Positions 1 through 7,630 of a DNA stretch of 19,509 nt are shown in pieces. The position numbers and the translations under genes are program-made. How positions within the stretch are numbered: the stretch's first letter is position 1; every line of letters starts with the position of its first letter. Under the pieces are notes generated by a model. It had not been told where the DNA came from. It made no database searches and worked only from the letters and a program-made list of their open reading frames with translations. Origin of the DNA: a bacterium (GTDB lineage Bacteria > UBA8248); assembly GCA_963692865.2 (NCBI GenBank), contig CAXXHI010000005.1, forward strand, positions 1-19,509. Direction: 5' to 3'.

Positions 1-82
1 CATCCACGTCGCCCATCGACGGGAGGCGTATCGGCGGTGAGGGGGATTTCGAGCGCCCCGTTGCTCCATCGGGGCCGCATAC

Positions 83-534
83 GGGGTTGTTGAAAGAGTC
101 CCCCGAAACAGGAAAATAAATTTCTCAATCGACATACGCTCATGAAATGAATCCCCCTGAGGGTCATCGGCAAACCGATGAAAGAGCAAGAACCACTCCC
201 CCCTTGAGGGGGAGTCGGTGAACTAAGGACGAAGTCCGCAAGTGAACCGGTGGGGGGGTAATTCCAGAATTGGAAAAGCACCCCTGACAGGGTAAAGACA
301 ACCCCCCCTTGTCAGGGGGGGCAAGAAAAAGCAAAGCCCCTTCTACCCGGCGGGGGGACGTGCCACAAAAAAAGCTCCCCCCACCAGCGCGACTTCGGGC
401 TTGGCCCTCGTCTTGCTGACTCCCCCTCAAGGGGGGAGTGGTTGATTGGCGTTCTGCACGGGTGAGTGTTTTTCCTCCCTCCCCAGTCGGCTCCATTCTC
501 CGAACCATGAAATGAGGATTTTTTCAACGACCCC
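83..534. mobile_element. MITE-like non-coding cassette 1 (terminal inverted repeats enclosing nested palindromes)
   Basis: Left end GGGGTTGTTGAAAGAGTCC (83-101), right end GGATTTTTTCAACGACCCC (516-534). The same ends recur at 3509/3704 and 6666/7134. No transposase inside and no convincing target-site duplication. Confidence 0.6.
191..443. repeat. Long palindromic repeat, ACTCCCCCCTTGAGGGGGAG family, copy 1
   Basis: Perfect 26-bp inverted repeat AACCACTCCCCCCTTGAGGGGGAGTC (191-216) / GACTCCCCCTCAAGGGGGGAGTGGTT (418-443). Inner arms GGTGGGGGG / CCCCCCACC; central hairpin CCCCTGACA...TGTCAGGGG (281-318). Related copy at 18689-18859. Confidence 0.85.
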
Positions 535-608
535 CTATACGACCCCTGCGCCGGAGGCGCAATTCCTCATCTATTGGTTATGACGCCAGAATGACGCTAC
601 TCTCCGCC

Positions 609-1956
609 TTAGGCGGAGCCCCGAATCCACCGCGCGGACGCAGCGAGCCGCTCCTTCGCCCGGTTAATCTTTTCTGAATCTATGAGCAGCTCACCGCCCG
701 CCTTCACCTTCTCGCCGCCGATGAATACGGTGTCCACGTCCGAGCGCTCCGCGTAGAAGACGACGGCGCGGGCGGCGTCGCCTGCGGGCGTCACGGCGAG
801 GCCGTCTTTTCGGATCAGGATGAAGTCGGCCTGCTTGCCGGGCGTGACCGAGCCGATTCTCTCCGCCATGTCCAGCGCGTGCGCGTTGTTGATGGTGGCC
901 CACGCGAGGGCGTCGCGCGCCGAGAAGGAGAGAGCGGGCGCGCGGCAGGTGTTCTCGTCCAGGCGGCGGTTGTCGAAAATGCGCTGGACCTGCAAAGCGT
1001 GCCGCACCGCGTGGAGCATGTTCCCGCTTACGTAGGTTTCGAGGTCCACGCCGATGGACGGCCTGCCGCCGAGCGCGCTCACGCGCCCGCAGACGGCCTC
1101 GCCCCGGTTCGTCTGCATCTCGGCCGATGGGGTGGCCGTGATGGATGCGCCCGAGTCGATGATCACCCGGAGTTCCTCATCGTCCACGTAGTTGCAGTGC
1201 ACCAGGTTGTGGTCGGGGCCGAGAACGCCCTCTCTGGCCAGAGTGTGGTAGCCGCCCTGCACCTTCCTGCCCGCGTCGCCCCAGATGTGCGCGCTCGACA
1301 GCAGCCCGTATTCGCGCGCCAGACGCATGTCGTGGAGCGCTACTTCGAGGGGAGAATAGTCGGCGCCCAGAATGGCCATCGCCAGGGTGACGCGGGCCTC
1401 ATCGGAAGCCAGGCGGCCCGTCCGCAGCCGCCTGATCTCGCCTTCGGGATGCGGGATTTGCGAATAGTGAGGTTCGCCCTCCCTGGGCTTCGGCTTGGGC
1501 GTTCCGTGCCCGAAAAGGGCGCGGATGCCGGATTCCTCCAGGGCGTCTATCCCTGCGTTCGGTGTGCTCGGGCGTGGGGTTGTTGTGGCACCAGTCGAAC
1601 AGCGTCGTGGTTCCTGCGTCCATCTGCGCCCACGCGCCCACGAGGGTTGCGATATATATGTCCTCGGGCCGGTAGCGCGGGGCGAGCGTCTCGTGCGCGA
1701 TCTCGAAATAGCTGCGCCCGCCCCAGTCGCCGCCCAGGCCCCGAAGCGCGGTCTGCCAAGTGTGCATGTGGGCGTTGATGAGGCCGGGCAGGAGGATCAT
1801 GCCGCTGGCGTCGATGGTTTCGGCGTCCGGCGCGGAGAGGTTTTCTCCCACCTCGGCGATCAGCCCGTCCTCGATCAGGACGCCGCCACCCTCGATCTCC
1901 CCGACCTCGGGGTCCATCGAGACGATGCTTGCGTTTTTGATGAGGGTTTTCGCCAT
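609..1956 (-). CDS. Metal-dependent amidohydrolase (SsnA/TRZ-ATZ deaminase-like), interrupted by one +1 frameshift near 1558
   Basis: N-terminal TLIKNASIVSMDP...ILLPGLINAHMHTWQ (HxH), then AHIWG, LVHCN, IGVD and IGSVTPGKQADFILI. Removing one base from CAC ACC GAAC GCA joins ORFs 1399..1983 and 609..1379 as ...PEHTDAGIDALEESGIRALFGHGTPK...VTLAMAILG. ATG at 1956 chosen as start. Confidence 0.85.
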
Positions 1957-2045
1957 ATCAGCTTCCCGCTTAGAGGAACTCATCTGGCAAGGAGGGTTTT
2001 TTCATGAATCAATGTTTCCGGAGTCTACGACTTGCGTGTTATGGA

Positions 2046-2261
2046 TCAAACGGCCTTTAAGGAGCGCAGGGGCAGCGCCTCGGTCTCCAGCGTAGAGAGG
2101 TCGATACGCCGCGACGCATGGTCGATGTCGAAGCCGACCACGCCGCCATCGGCGGCGATGTCCACATTGAGTCCGTCTGAAACCTCGCGTGTCTCCGCTC
2201 CCGGTTCGGTTCTAAACTCAATATAAAGGCTGTCGGTTTCGGGATAATAATGAAGTTTCAT
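2046..2261 (-). CDS. DUF2283-domain small protein (putative antitoxin-type)
   Basis: MKLHYYPETDSLYIEF...ETREVSDGLNVDIAADGGVVGFDIDHAS fits the DUF2283 pattern. GAAGGA precedes the ATG at 2261. Confidence 0.8.
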   Translation of the reverse strand: MKLHYYPETDSLYIEFRTEPGAETREVSDGLNVDIAADGGVVGFDIDHASRRIDLSTLETEALPLRSLKAV

Positions 2262-2342
2262 GGTCCGTCCTTCGAACTGGCCCGTGTAATTCTCCATTTT
2301 GTAGCAGATAAAGGTTTCTATCGCTATAAGCGACGCTTGCCC

Positions 2343-2989
2343 TCAGCTTCCCGCCTCGGGGTATTCGTCCGGCCAGTCGGCGAGCAGGGCTTCGAGATAG
2401 GCCTTGAGGTCATCTGGATTTTTTTCGCGGATTTTGTTCCTGTCGATCTCCTCTTGCGCCTCGATGGGAATCGCCAGTGCGTCGTTGAACTTGTTCCTCA
2501 TGTTGAAATAGGTGATCACCATGGTGAGCTCCACGATCTCCGCGTCGGTGAAATGCCGCTTGACCTCTTGGAATATGTCGTCCCGCTCCCTGGCCGTGTT
2601 GAGCGTCACGTGCTCCGCCCAGAGCAGGACGGCGCGCTCCTTTTCGGTGAAGGGGCCGTAGTCGCCCTTGCCGATGGCGGTGATATCTTCTTCCGAGATT
2701 CCGACCGATTGACCAACCGGCGTGTTGTGTGCGCCAGTCAGTAGGCGCAGTCGTTGAGACGGCTGGTGTTGATGATGGCGAGTTCCTTCGTCTTCGTGTC
2801 GAGGGCCGAACCAAGGCCCTGGCGCAGGAGCGATGAGGTGAGTGGCAGCATGAACTTCGTGATGTAGGGCTGGTTCGCCATCACGCGCCAGGCGTTGGGG
2901 ATCCGGTTCAGCAGGACGCTTGCGTGGTCGAAGAGGTGGTTCACGACGGGGTCGTCGGCGCCTGATTCGAGCATGGGTACGCGGGACAC
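2343..2989 (-). CDS. AhpD/carboxymuconolactone decarboxylase-family protein, probable selenoprotein (CxxU), with a small indel just after the TGA
   Basis: AAGGAG RBS then GTG at 2989. Reads ...LDTKTKELAIINTSRLNDCAY-TGA(2740-2738), and after a frame correction continues HNTPVGQSVGISEEDITAI...FTEKERAVLLWAEHVT...VKRHFTDAEIVELTMVITYFNMRNKFNDAL, a typical CMD/AhpD C-terminal half. Confidence 0.8.
2704..2721 (-). promoter_or_regulatory. Candidate bacterial SECIS hairpin
   Basis: GCCGGUU-GGUC-AAUCGGU: 7-bp stem with two G-U pairs and a G-led tetraloop, starting 17 nt 3' of the UGA. Confidence 0.6.
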
Positions 2990-3201
2990 GGGGTCACTCC
3001 TTTCGGGGTTACGGGTTTCGGGGGAACGGCCCATTCTCCGATGAAACGCGGATTTTTGGAACCGCGGCGGGCTTCCAAGCCCCGGCTTGCGCCGCGATGC
3101 CGTTCTTTGGCGGGAGTTGTGCAGGGAGGAGGTTTGTTGAACCATATAATTCGTGAGCGCCTTTTGATTCTCACTGGTACGCAGCGCTGAAGGAGTGAAA
3201 G

Positions 3202-3384
3202 ATGTCCGATACGCTAATCGAGAGAAACCCGGATATCCTCGGCGGGACGCCGGTATTCGCAGGCGCCAGGGTTCCCGTGCGCACCCTGATGGAGCATCTC
3301 GAAGCGGGCGATAGGCTCGACGATTTTCTGGAAGATTTCCCGACGGTGTCGCGAGGGCAGGCGCTCGAAGCGCTCAAACGCTAA
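3202..3384 (+). CDS. DUF433-family antitoxin (VapB45-like), C-terminus probably clipped
   Basis: IERNPDILGGTPVFAGARVPV...LDDFLEDFPTVSRGQA is the DUF433 signature. AAGGAG RBS upstream. Confidence 0.85.
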   Translation: MSDTLIERNPDILGGTPVFAGARVPVRTLMEHLEAGDRLDDFLEDFPTVSRGQALEALKR

Positions 3385-3387
3385 TCC

Positions 3388-3519
3388 GACGCCTTCCTCA
3401 CGGTCGATCAGGGCCTCGAATACCAGCAGAACCTCTCTGAATTGACCATTCCCGTCATCATCATGGTTGCTCGCCGGAACCGGCTGCAGGAGTTACGGCC
3501 TCTCGTACCGGGTTGCTGA
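3388..3519 (+). pseudogene. C-terminal remnant of a DUF5615/VapC45-like PIN toxin
   Basis: Translates as DAFLTVDQGLEYQQNLSELTIPVIIMVARRNRLQELRPLVP(GC*). No start codon or N-terminal half; the 3' end is cut by the cassette starting at 3509. Confidence 0.7.
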
Positions 3520-3704
3520 AAAAGTCCTCTCTGCTTCATCCTGAGTAGCGGCGAAGCCGCGTATCGAAGGATTTCCTCTCACCCCGACGCGAGCGTTCGA
3601 CTCTCCCTCGCCCTTCGATACGCCGCCTTTGGCGGCTACTCAGGGTGAGGGGAGAGGCGTTGGCGGTTTGCGGGGGTCGCATGCGGGGGTTTTTCAACAG
3701 GTCC
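3509..3704. mobile_element. MITE-like non-coding cassette 2
   Basis: Ends CGGGTTGCTGAAAAAGTCC / TTTTTCAACAGGTCC. Contains the palindromic pair TCATCCTGAGTAGC...GTATCGAAGG (3536-3570) / CCTTCGATAC...GCTACTCAGGGTGA (3612-3648). Segment 3631-3700 matches 7061-7130 at 62/70 by manual alignment. Confidence 0.65.
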
Positions 3705-3726
3705 TCGTCGATCGGAATCGATCACC

Positions 3727-3871
3727 GCCGTCATTCCGGCGAATGCCGGAATCCAGGGTTTTCGTCTTTTTCTTGCTTTTCTTCCAGTTTCCTGACGACG
3801 AGTGGGGAATGGAACGCCGTAACGTGGCCGTCTCATCCGCTCTGGATTCCGGCATTCGCCGGAATGACGGC
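3727..3871. repeat. CGTC-tagged REP-like inverted doublet
   Basis: Perfect 30-bp inverted repeat GCCGTCATTCCGGCGAATGCCGGAATCCAG (3727-3756) / CTGGATTCCGGCATTCGCCGGAATGACGGC (3842-3871). Each arm is itself a hairpin (ATTCCGGC-GAAT-GCCGGAAT). Confidence 0.9.
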
Positions 3872-4011
3872 CAAAAACCGGATACCGGGCGGAGGCATCG
3901 GCGTCACTATCTACCACGTCCCGGCCTGAATCGGGCCCCGGCTTGCGCCGCAAATGGCCGGGTGGGAAGATGCGCCGGTTTTGAATTGACGCTCTGCTCA
4001 AGGTGAAACTC

Positions 4012-5124
4012 ATGAACATATTGAACGAGACGAGAAAGCCTATAGGCCTCGCGGTGGTGGGATGCGGGAAGATCGGGCGCATCCGCGCGGAGTTCGCGCG
4101 CCAGAACGCGGCAGTCGAGTGGATGGGGTTGTGCGACATCGACGAGAAGGCGGGCCGGAAGCTCGCCGAGGACGTTCAGGCGGATTTTTTCACGACCGAC
4201 TACCGCGAACTCCTGAAGCGAGACGAGGTGAACGCCACGGTTTTGGCCACGTATGCGAACGAGCGTCTGGAGCCCATCCTCATCGGCGTGGAGCGCGGCC
4301 ACCGGATGCTGATCGAAAAGCCCCTGGCGGTGGACGCAGGCGTATCCGAGAGGCTCGCGCACGCGATCGATGAGGCGGGCGTGGACGCCGTCCTGGGCTA
4401 TACGCAGCGGTTCCGCCGCCGCTTTCTGGTGGCGAAGGAGAAGATTCGCTCGGGCGAGTTGGGCGACGTCTCATCCGTAACGGGCCGCGCCTTCCTGAAC
4501 CGCATGAACCCGGTGGCGAACTCCACCAAGACGGAATTCCCGACGAAATTCACCCCCATGGTCATCTCCGGCACGCACAGCGTCGATCTGTGCTCCTGGC
4601 TTCTGGAGGGGCGCAGGCCCGTCGAGGTGTACGCGCGCTCGGTGGACAAGGCGATGGCGCCCTACCTCACGAAGGATTCCACCTTCGCCATCGTCACCTA
4701 CGAGGACGGGACGATATGGAGCATGAACGTGAGCTGGGCGCTGCCGAGCGTCTGGCCGGCGGAGGTCTATTCGCTCGAACTGGGTATCGTGGGCACGGGG
4801 GGCGTGCTCACGATAGACGACACGCACCGCGACATCGTGTTCGCCACGGCCGAGCCGCACGAATCCGCGCGCCTGAAGCAGGAGCGCAACGTGAGTTTCC
4901 TGACCAGCTACCCGCCGGGCGATCTTGTGTTCGAACAGCTCTGGGGCCCCATGCGCGAGGAGACGCGCTCGTGGTTCGACAGAATTTACCTGGGCGTCCC
5001 CACGCCGCACACCACGGCGCGCGAGGCGCACGAGAACCTCATGCTGTGCCTGGCGATGGACCATTCGGCAAAAACCGGCCAAGCGGTTCCGCTGCCGGTC
5101 AAGCCTGAGGATTTTGATTTGTAG
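4012..5124 (+). CDS. Gfo/Idh/MocA-family NAD(P)-dependent oxidoreductase, paralog 1
   Basis: AVVGCGKIG Rossmann motif, IEKPLA, GYTQRF, GTHSVD. ATG at 4012 follows AAGGTG (the ORF track starts at GTG 4003). Confidence 0.9.
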   Translation: MNILNETRKPIGLAVVGCGKIGRIRAEFARQNAAVEWMGLCDIDEKAGRKLAEDVQADFFTTDYRELLKRDEVNATVLATYANERLEPILIGVERGHRMLIEKPLAVDAGVSERLAHAIDEAGVDAVLGYTQRFRRRFLVAKEKIRSGELGDVSSVTGRAFLNRMNPVANSTKTEFPTKFTPMVISGTHSVDLCSWLLEGRRPVEVYARSVDKAMAPYLTKDSTFAIVTYEDGTIWSMNVSWALPSVWPAEVYSLELGIVGTGGVLTIDDTHRDIVFATAEPHESARLKQERNVSFLTSYPPGDLVFEQLWGPMREETRSWFDRIYLGVPTPHTTAREAHENLMLCLAMDHSAKTGQAVPLPVKPEDFDL

Positions 5125-5187
5125 GGGCCGCATACATGCGGCCCGACCGGTTCGTGGCATGCGGGTCGCATGTATGCGACCCCTACA
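5120..5187. repeat. GTAG-family REP doublet (REPIN-like), copy 1
   Basis: TGTAGGGGCCGCATACATGCGGCCCG ... CGGGTCGCATGTATGCGACCCCTACA. The TAG of GTAG is the stop codon of the upstream gene. Confidence 0.9.
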
Positions 5188-5281
5188 CAGGACATTTCGG
5201 AAATCCTTGATTCCGTCAAACCCTCTCGATTAGGTTGGTTCTGATGCCGGAGTGACGACAACCTTCGGTTCGGAGAGCTTC

Positions 5282-5364
5282 GTAGGGACGAAAGGGTTTG
5301 CTGTTCGTAGGGACAACCCCCTGTGGTTGTCCCTTCCCGGACAGGCACGGGGGCCTGTCCCTAC
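5282..5364. repeat. Second GTAG-family REP group (GTAGGGAC type)
   Basis: GTAGGGAC at 5282, GTAGGGACAACCCCCTGTGGTTGTCCC (5307-5333) and inverted GGACAGGCACGGGGGCCTGTCCCTAC (5339-5364). A degenerate relative lies at 13297-13343. Confidence 0.8.
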
Positions 5365-5545
5365 AGCGTAATTTCCTGTTTCTTGCGAAGGCGTAGTCCC
5401 TCCCATCGTTCGAAAATCTCTCTGCGCAAAGACGCGGCCAATGATGCGCCCATTCCCCGAAGCTGGTATGAAGGGGAATCCTAACGGCACCCGATGAGGC
5501 TCCGGCGCTTTCTTATGCGTCTCGATGATTTCACGGGAGAGGATG

Positions 5546-6676
5546 ATGGCGGTTTCGGGAGGCGAGAGGAATCCGATTGGCCTGGCCGTGGTCGGCTGCG
5601 GTCGCGTGGGCCGCATTCGTGCGCGCTGCGCCAGGGAGTACCCGGGCACGGAATGGCTAGGCTGCTGCGACATCGACGAGAAGAAGGGCAGGGCCATGGC
5701 CGGGGAGTTCGGGGCCGATTTCTTCACGACCGATTTCGCCGAACTCATCCGGCGCCCCGAGGTCAACGCCGTCGTCATCGCCACGGACGAGGAATGGCAC
5801 GCGGAGCCGCTTTGGGAGGCGATAGGGCGGGGCCACCGGATTCTGGTCGAAAAACCGCTGGCGACGAGCGTGGCGGAGTCGGCCAGAATCGTGGAGGCGG
5901 CGGAGGCGGCGGACGCCGAGTTGCTCGTGGGCTACACCCAGCGCTTCAGGAGGCGCTGGCTCACGGCGCGCGAGCACGTGCAATCGGGCGTTCTGGGCGA
6001 GATCACCTCCGCGACGACGCGCGCGCTGCTGAACCGCCAGGTCGGCATCACGCGGCTGTCGAAAAACGAGGACCGCTCCATGCTGACGCCGATGGTGATA
6101 TCCGGAACCCACGCGCTGGACGTGATGCTGTTCGTAATGGGGCCGGAGAAGAAGCCCGCCGAGGTCGTATCGCGCTCGATATCGCGCGTGATGACGGGCA
6201 TCGGCACGCAGGACGCCACCTTCAGCATCTTCACCTTCGAGGACGGCGCCATCTGGAGCATGGAGTGCAACTGGGGGATGCCCACCATCTGGCCCGCCTC
6301 GACCTACGGCGTCACCATCAGCGTGGTGGGGACCGAGGGCGCGCTCACCATCGACGACACCCATGCGGATTTCATCATGGCGTCCGAGAACCCGCTGGCC
6401 TCCCACCGGGGCGAGGAGCGCCACGTGCACCTGCTCGAAAGCTACCCGGCGGGGGACATGTCCAGGGGCCAGTTCTGGGGCCCCATGCGCGATGAGTCCA
6501 TCGCCTGGCTCTCGCACCTCTACACGGGCGTCGACATGCCCCACGCCACGGGGGCGGAGGGGCACCGGAACCTCATGCTCTGCATGGCGTGCGACCTGTC
6601 CGCCAAGCGGAAGCAGGCCGTGAAGCTGCCCATCGACCCCAAGGAGTTGGAAGCGGGCCTCAAGGGGGGTTGTTGA
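5546..6676 (+). CDS. Gfo/Idh/MocA-family NAD(P)-dependent oxidoreductase, paralog 2
   Basis: AVVGCGRVG, VEKPLA, GYTQRF, TPMVISGTHALD, LTIDDTH and WGPMR are shared with paralog 1. GGAGAGG precedes ATGs at 5543/5546. Confidence 0.9.
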   Translation: MAVSGGERNPIGLAVVGCGRVGRIRARCAREYPGTEWLGCCDIDEKKGRAMAGEFGADFFTTDFAELIRRPEVNAVVIATDEEWHAEPLWEAIGRGHRILVEKPLATSVAESARIVEAAEAADAELLVGYTQRFRRRWLTAREHVQSGVLGEITSATTRALLNRQVGITRLSKNEDRSMLTPMVISGTHALDVMLFVMGPEKKPAEVVSRSISRVMTGIGTQDATFSIFTFEDGAIWSMECNWGMPTIWPASTYGVTISVVGTEGALTIDDTHADFIMASENPLASHRGEERHVHLLESYPAGDMSRGQFWGPMRDESIAWLSHLYTGVDMPHATGAEGHRNLMLCMACDLSAKRKQAVKLPIDPKELEAGLKGGC

Positions 6677-7134
6677 AAAAGCTCTTGAGGTGGGGTTGAA
6701 CCACTCCTCCTCAAGGGGCTGTAAAAAAAATCCCTCAATGCGAGAAAACCACCGTTATTCTGGCGATCTGCGGGACGAAGGGGTGTTGGGTGTAGGGGTC
6801 GCATACATGCGACCCGGCCTTTTTTCGCCGCCCGACGTGGGCCGCATATATGCGGCCCCTACACTTGCCCGCAGACGGGGTTGCCTGTGCACAACCGGGC
6901 ACCATACCACCTCATCCTGAGTAGCGGCGAAGCCGCGTATCGAAGGTCAATCGCGACCAATGCGGGAGCGATTGTCGGCCAAAAAGGGGAGCGCTCCCCT
7001 CGACAGACTCGGGCAAGCCCTTCGATACAAACGCTCCTTTCTCAGTCGCGTTTGACCTTCGGCGGCTACTCAGGGTGAGGAAAGAGGCGTTGGCGGTTTG
7101 CGGGGGTTGCAGACGAGGTTTTTTCAACAACCCC
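6666..7134. mobile_element. MITE-like non-coding cassette 3
   Basis: Perfect 15-bp inverted ends GGGGTTGTTGAAAAA / TTTTTCAACAACCCC. Cargo: CTTGAGG...CCTCAAG hairpin (about 6684-6714), a GTAG REP doublet, and a TCATCCTGAGTAGC pair whose left arm (6912-6946) is identical to 3536-3570. Confidence 0.7.
6790..6864. repeat. GTAG-family REP doublet, copy 2
   Basis: GTGTAGGGGTCGCATACATGCGACCC ... GGGCCGCATATATGCGGCCCCTACAC. Confidence 0.9.
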
Positions 7135-7187
7135 TCCCCGGCCGGGTTTGGCCCCGAAGAACTTCACGCGGGGTTAAAAGCGAGAAA

Positions 7188-7538
7188 CTAGTCCATCGTC
7201 GCGGTCGGCGGGGGCCAGCCCTCCGATTTGTTCTTGAACGAGAGGTAGATGAATTCGGAATCGCCATCGTTCTTGAACTCGTGCTCGGTCCCCTCGGGGA
7301 TGTGGATGATGTCGCCCGCCGTGACGGTTTTCTCCTCATCGCCCACGCGGAACCAGGCGGCGCCCTCGACGACGTTGATGAGTTGTTCGCAGTCGTGCGT
7401 GTGCGGGCGGGCCAGCTTGCCCGGCTGGCTCACCGAGCGGTTGAGGGTTACGTGTTCGCCGATGATGATGCTGCCTTCGGAATCGGACGGCTTCGCCAGG
7501 TTCTTTCGCTTCATCTCGTCCCAACGGTAAAACGGCAT
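7188..7538 (-). CDS. Cupin-domain protein (cupin_2 type)
   Basis: PHTHDCEQ...VVEG and GDIIHIPEGTEH motifs (3-His/1-Glu metal site). AAAGGAG RBS. Confidence 0.9.
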   Translation of the reverse strand: MPFYRWDEMKRKNLAKPSDSEGSIIIGEHVTLNRSVSQPGKLARPHTHDCEQLINVVEGAAWFRVGDEEKTVTAGDIIHIPEGTEHEFKNDGDSEFIYLSFKNKSEGWPPPTATMD

Positions 7539-7557
7539 GTTGCGGCTCCTTTCAGGT

Positions 7558-7593
7558 AAAAAAAAGCAAAGGCCGCTCCGAAGAGTGGCCCTT
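7558..7593 (-). terminator. Intrinsic terminator-like hairpin in the cupin 5' leader
   Basis: AAGGGCCACUC-UUCG-GAGCGGCCUUU (cUUCGg tetraloop) followed by GC and 8 U, ending about 6 nt before the cupin RBS. Confidence 0.7.
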
Positions 7594-7630
7594 GAGCCGA
7601 CAGCACGCTATCGGCTAGTATATTATTCCC

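Noticed and set aside
1-70. Possible 5' end of a minus-strand gene at the window edge
   Set aside because: Too short, with no clear RBS or recognisable protein motif.
164-527. ORFs inside the repeat cassettes (also 3636..4139, 6690..7130, 18464..18933)
   Set aside because: They translate palindromic repeat DNA and show no transposase, RAYT or other recognisable motifs.
1545-1570. Programmed ribosomal frameshift in the amidohydrolase
   Set aside because: There is no slippery heptamer; a single extra A, together with similar indels elsewhere, points to error or mutation.
2990-3145. N-terminal extension of the AhpD-like ORF to 3145
   Set aside because: The extension looks non-coding, and a clear AAGGAG RBS precedes the GTG at 2989.
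5120-7134. CRISPR array interpretation of the recurrent palindromes
   Set aside because: The units are inverted doublets scattered in intergenic regions, not direct repeats with regular spacers, and there are no cas genes.
6660-7140. Target-site duplications around cassettes 2 and 3
   Set aside because: The flanks show no matching direct repeat, so transposition by a DDE enzyme is not demonstrated.
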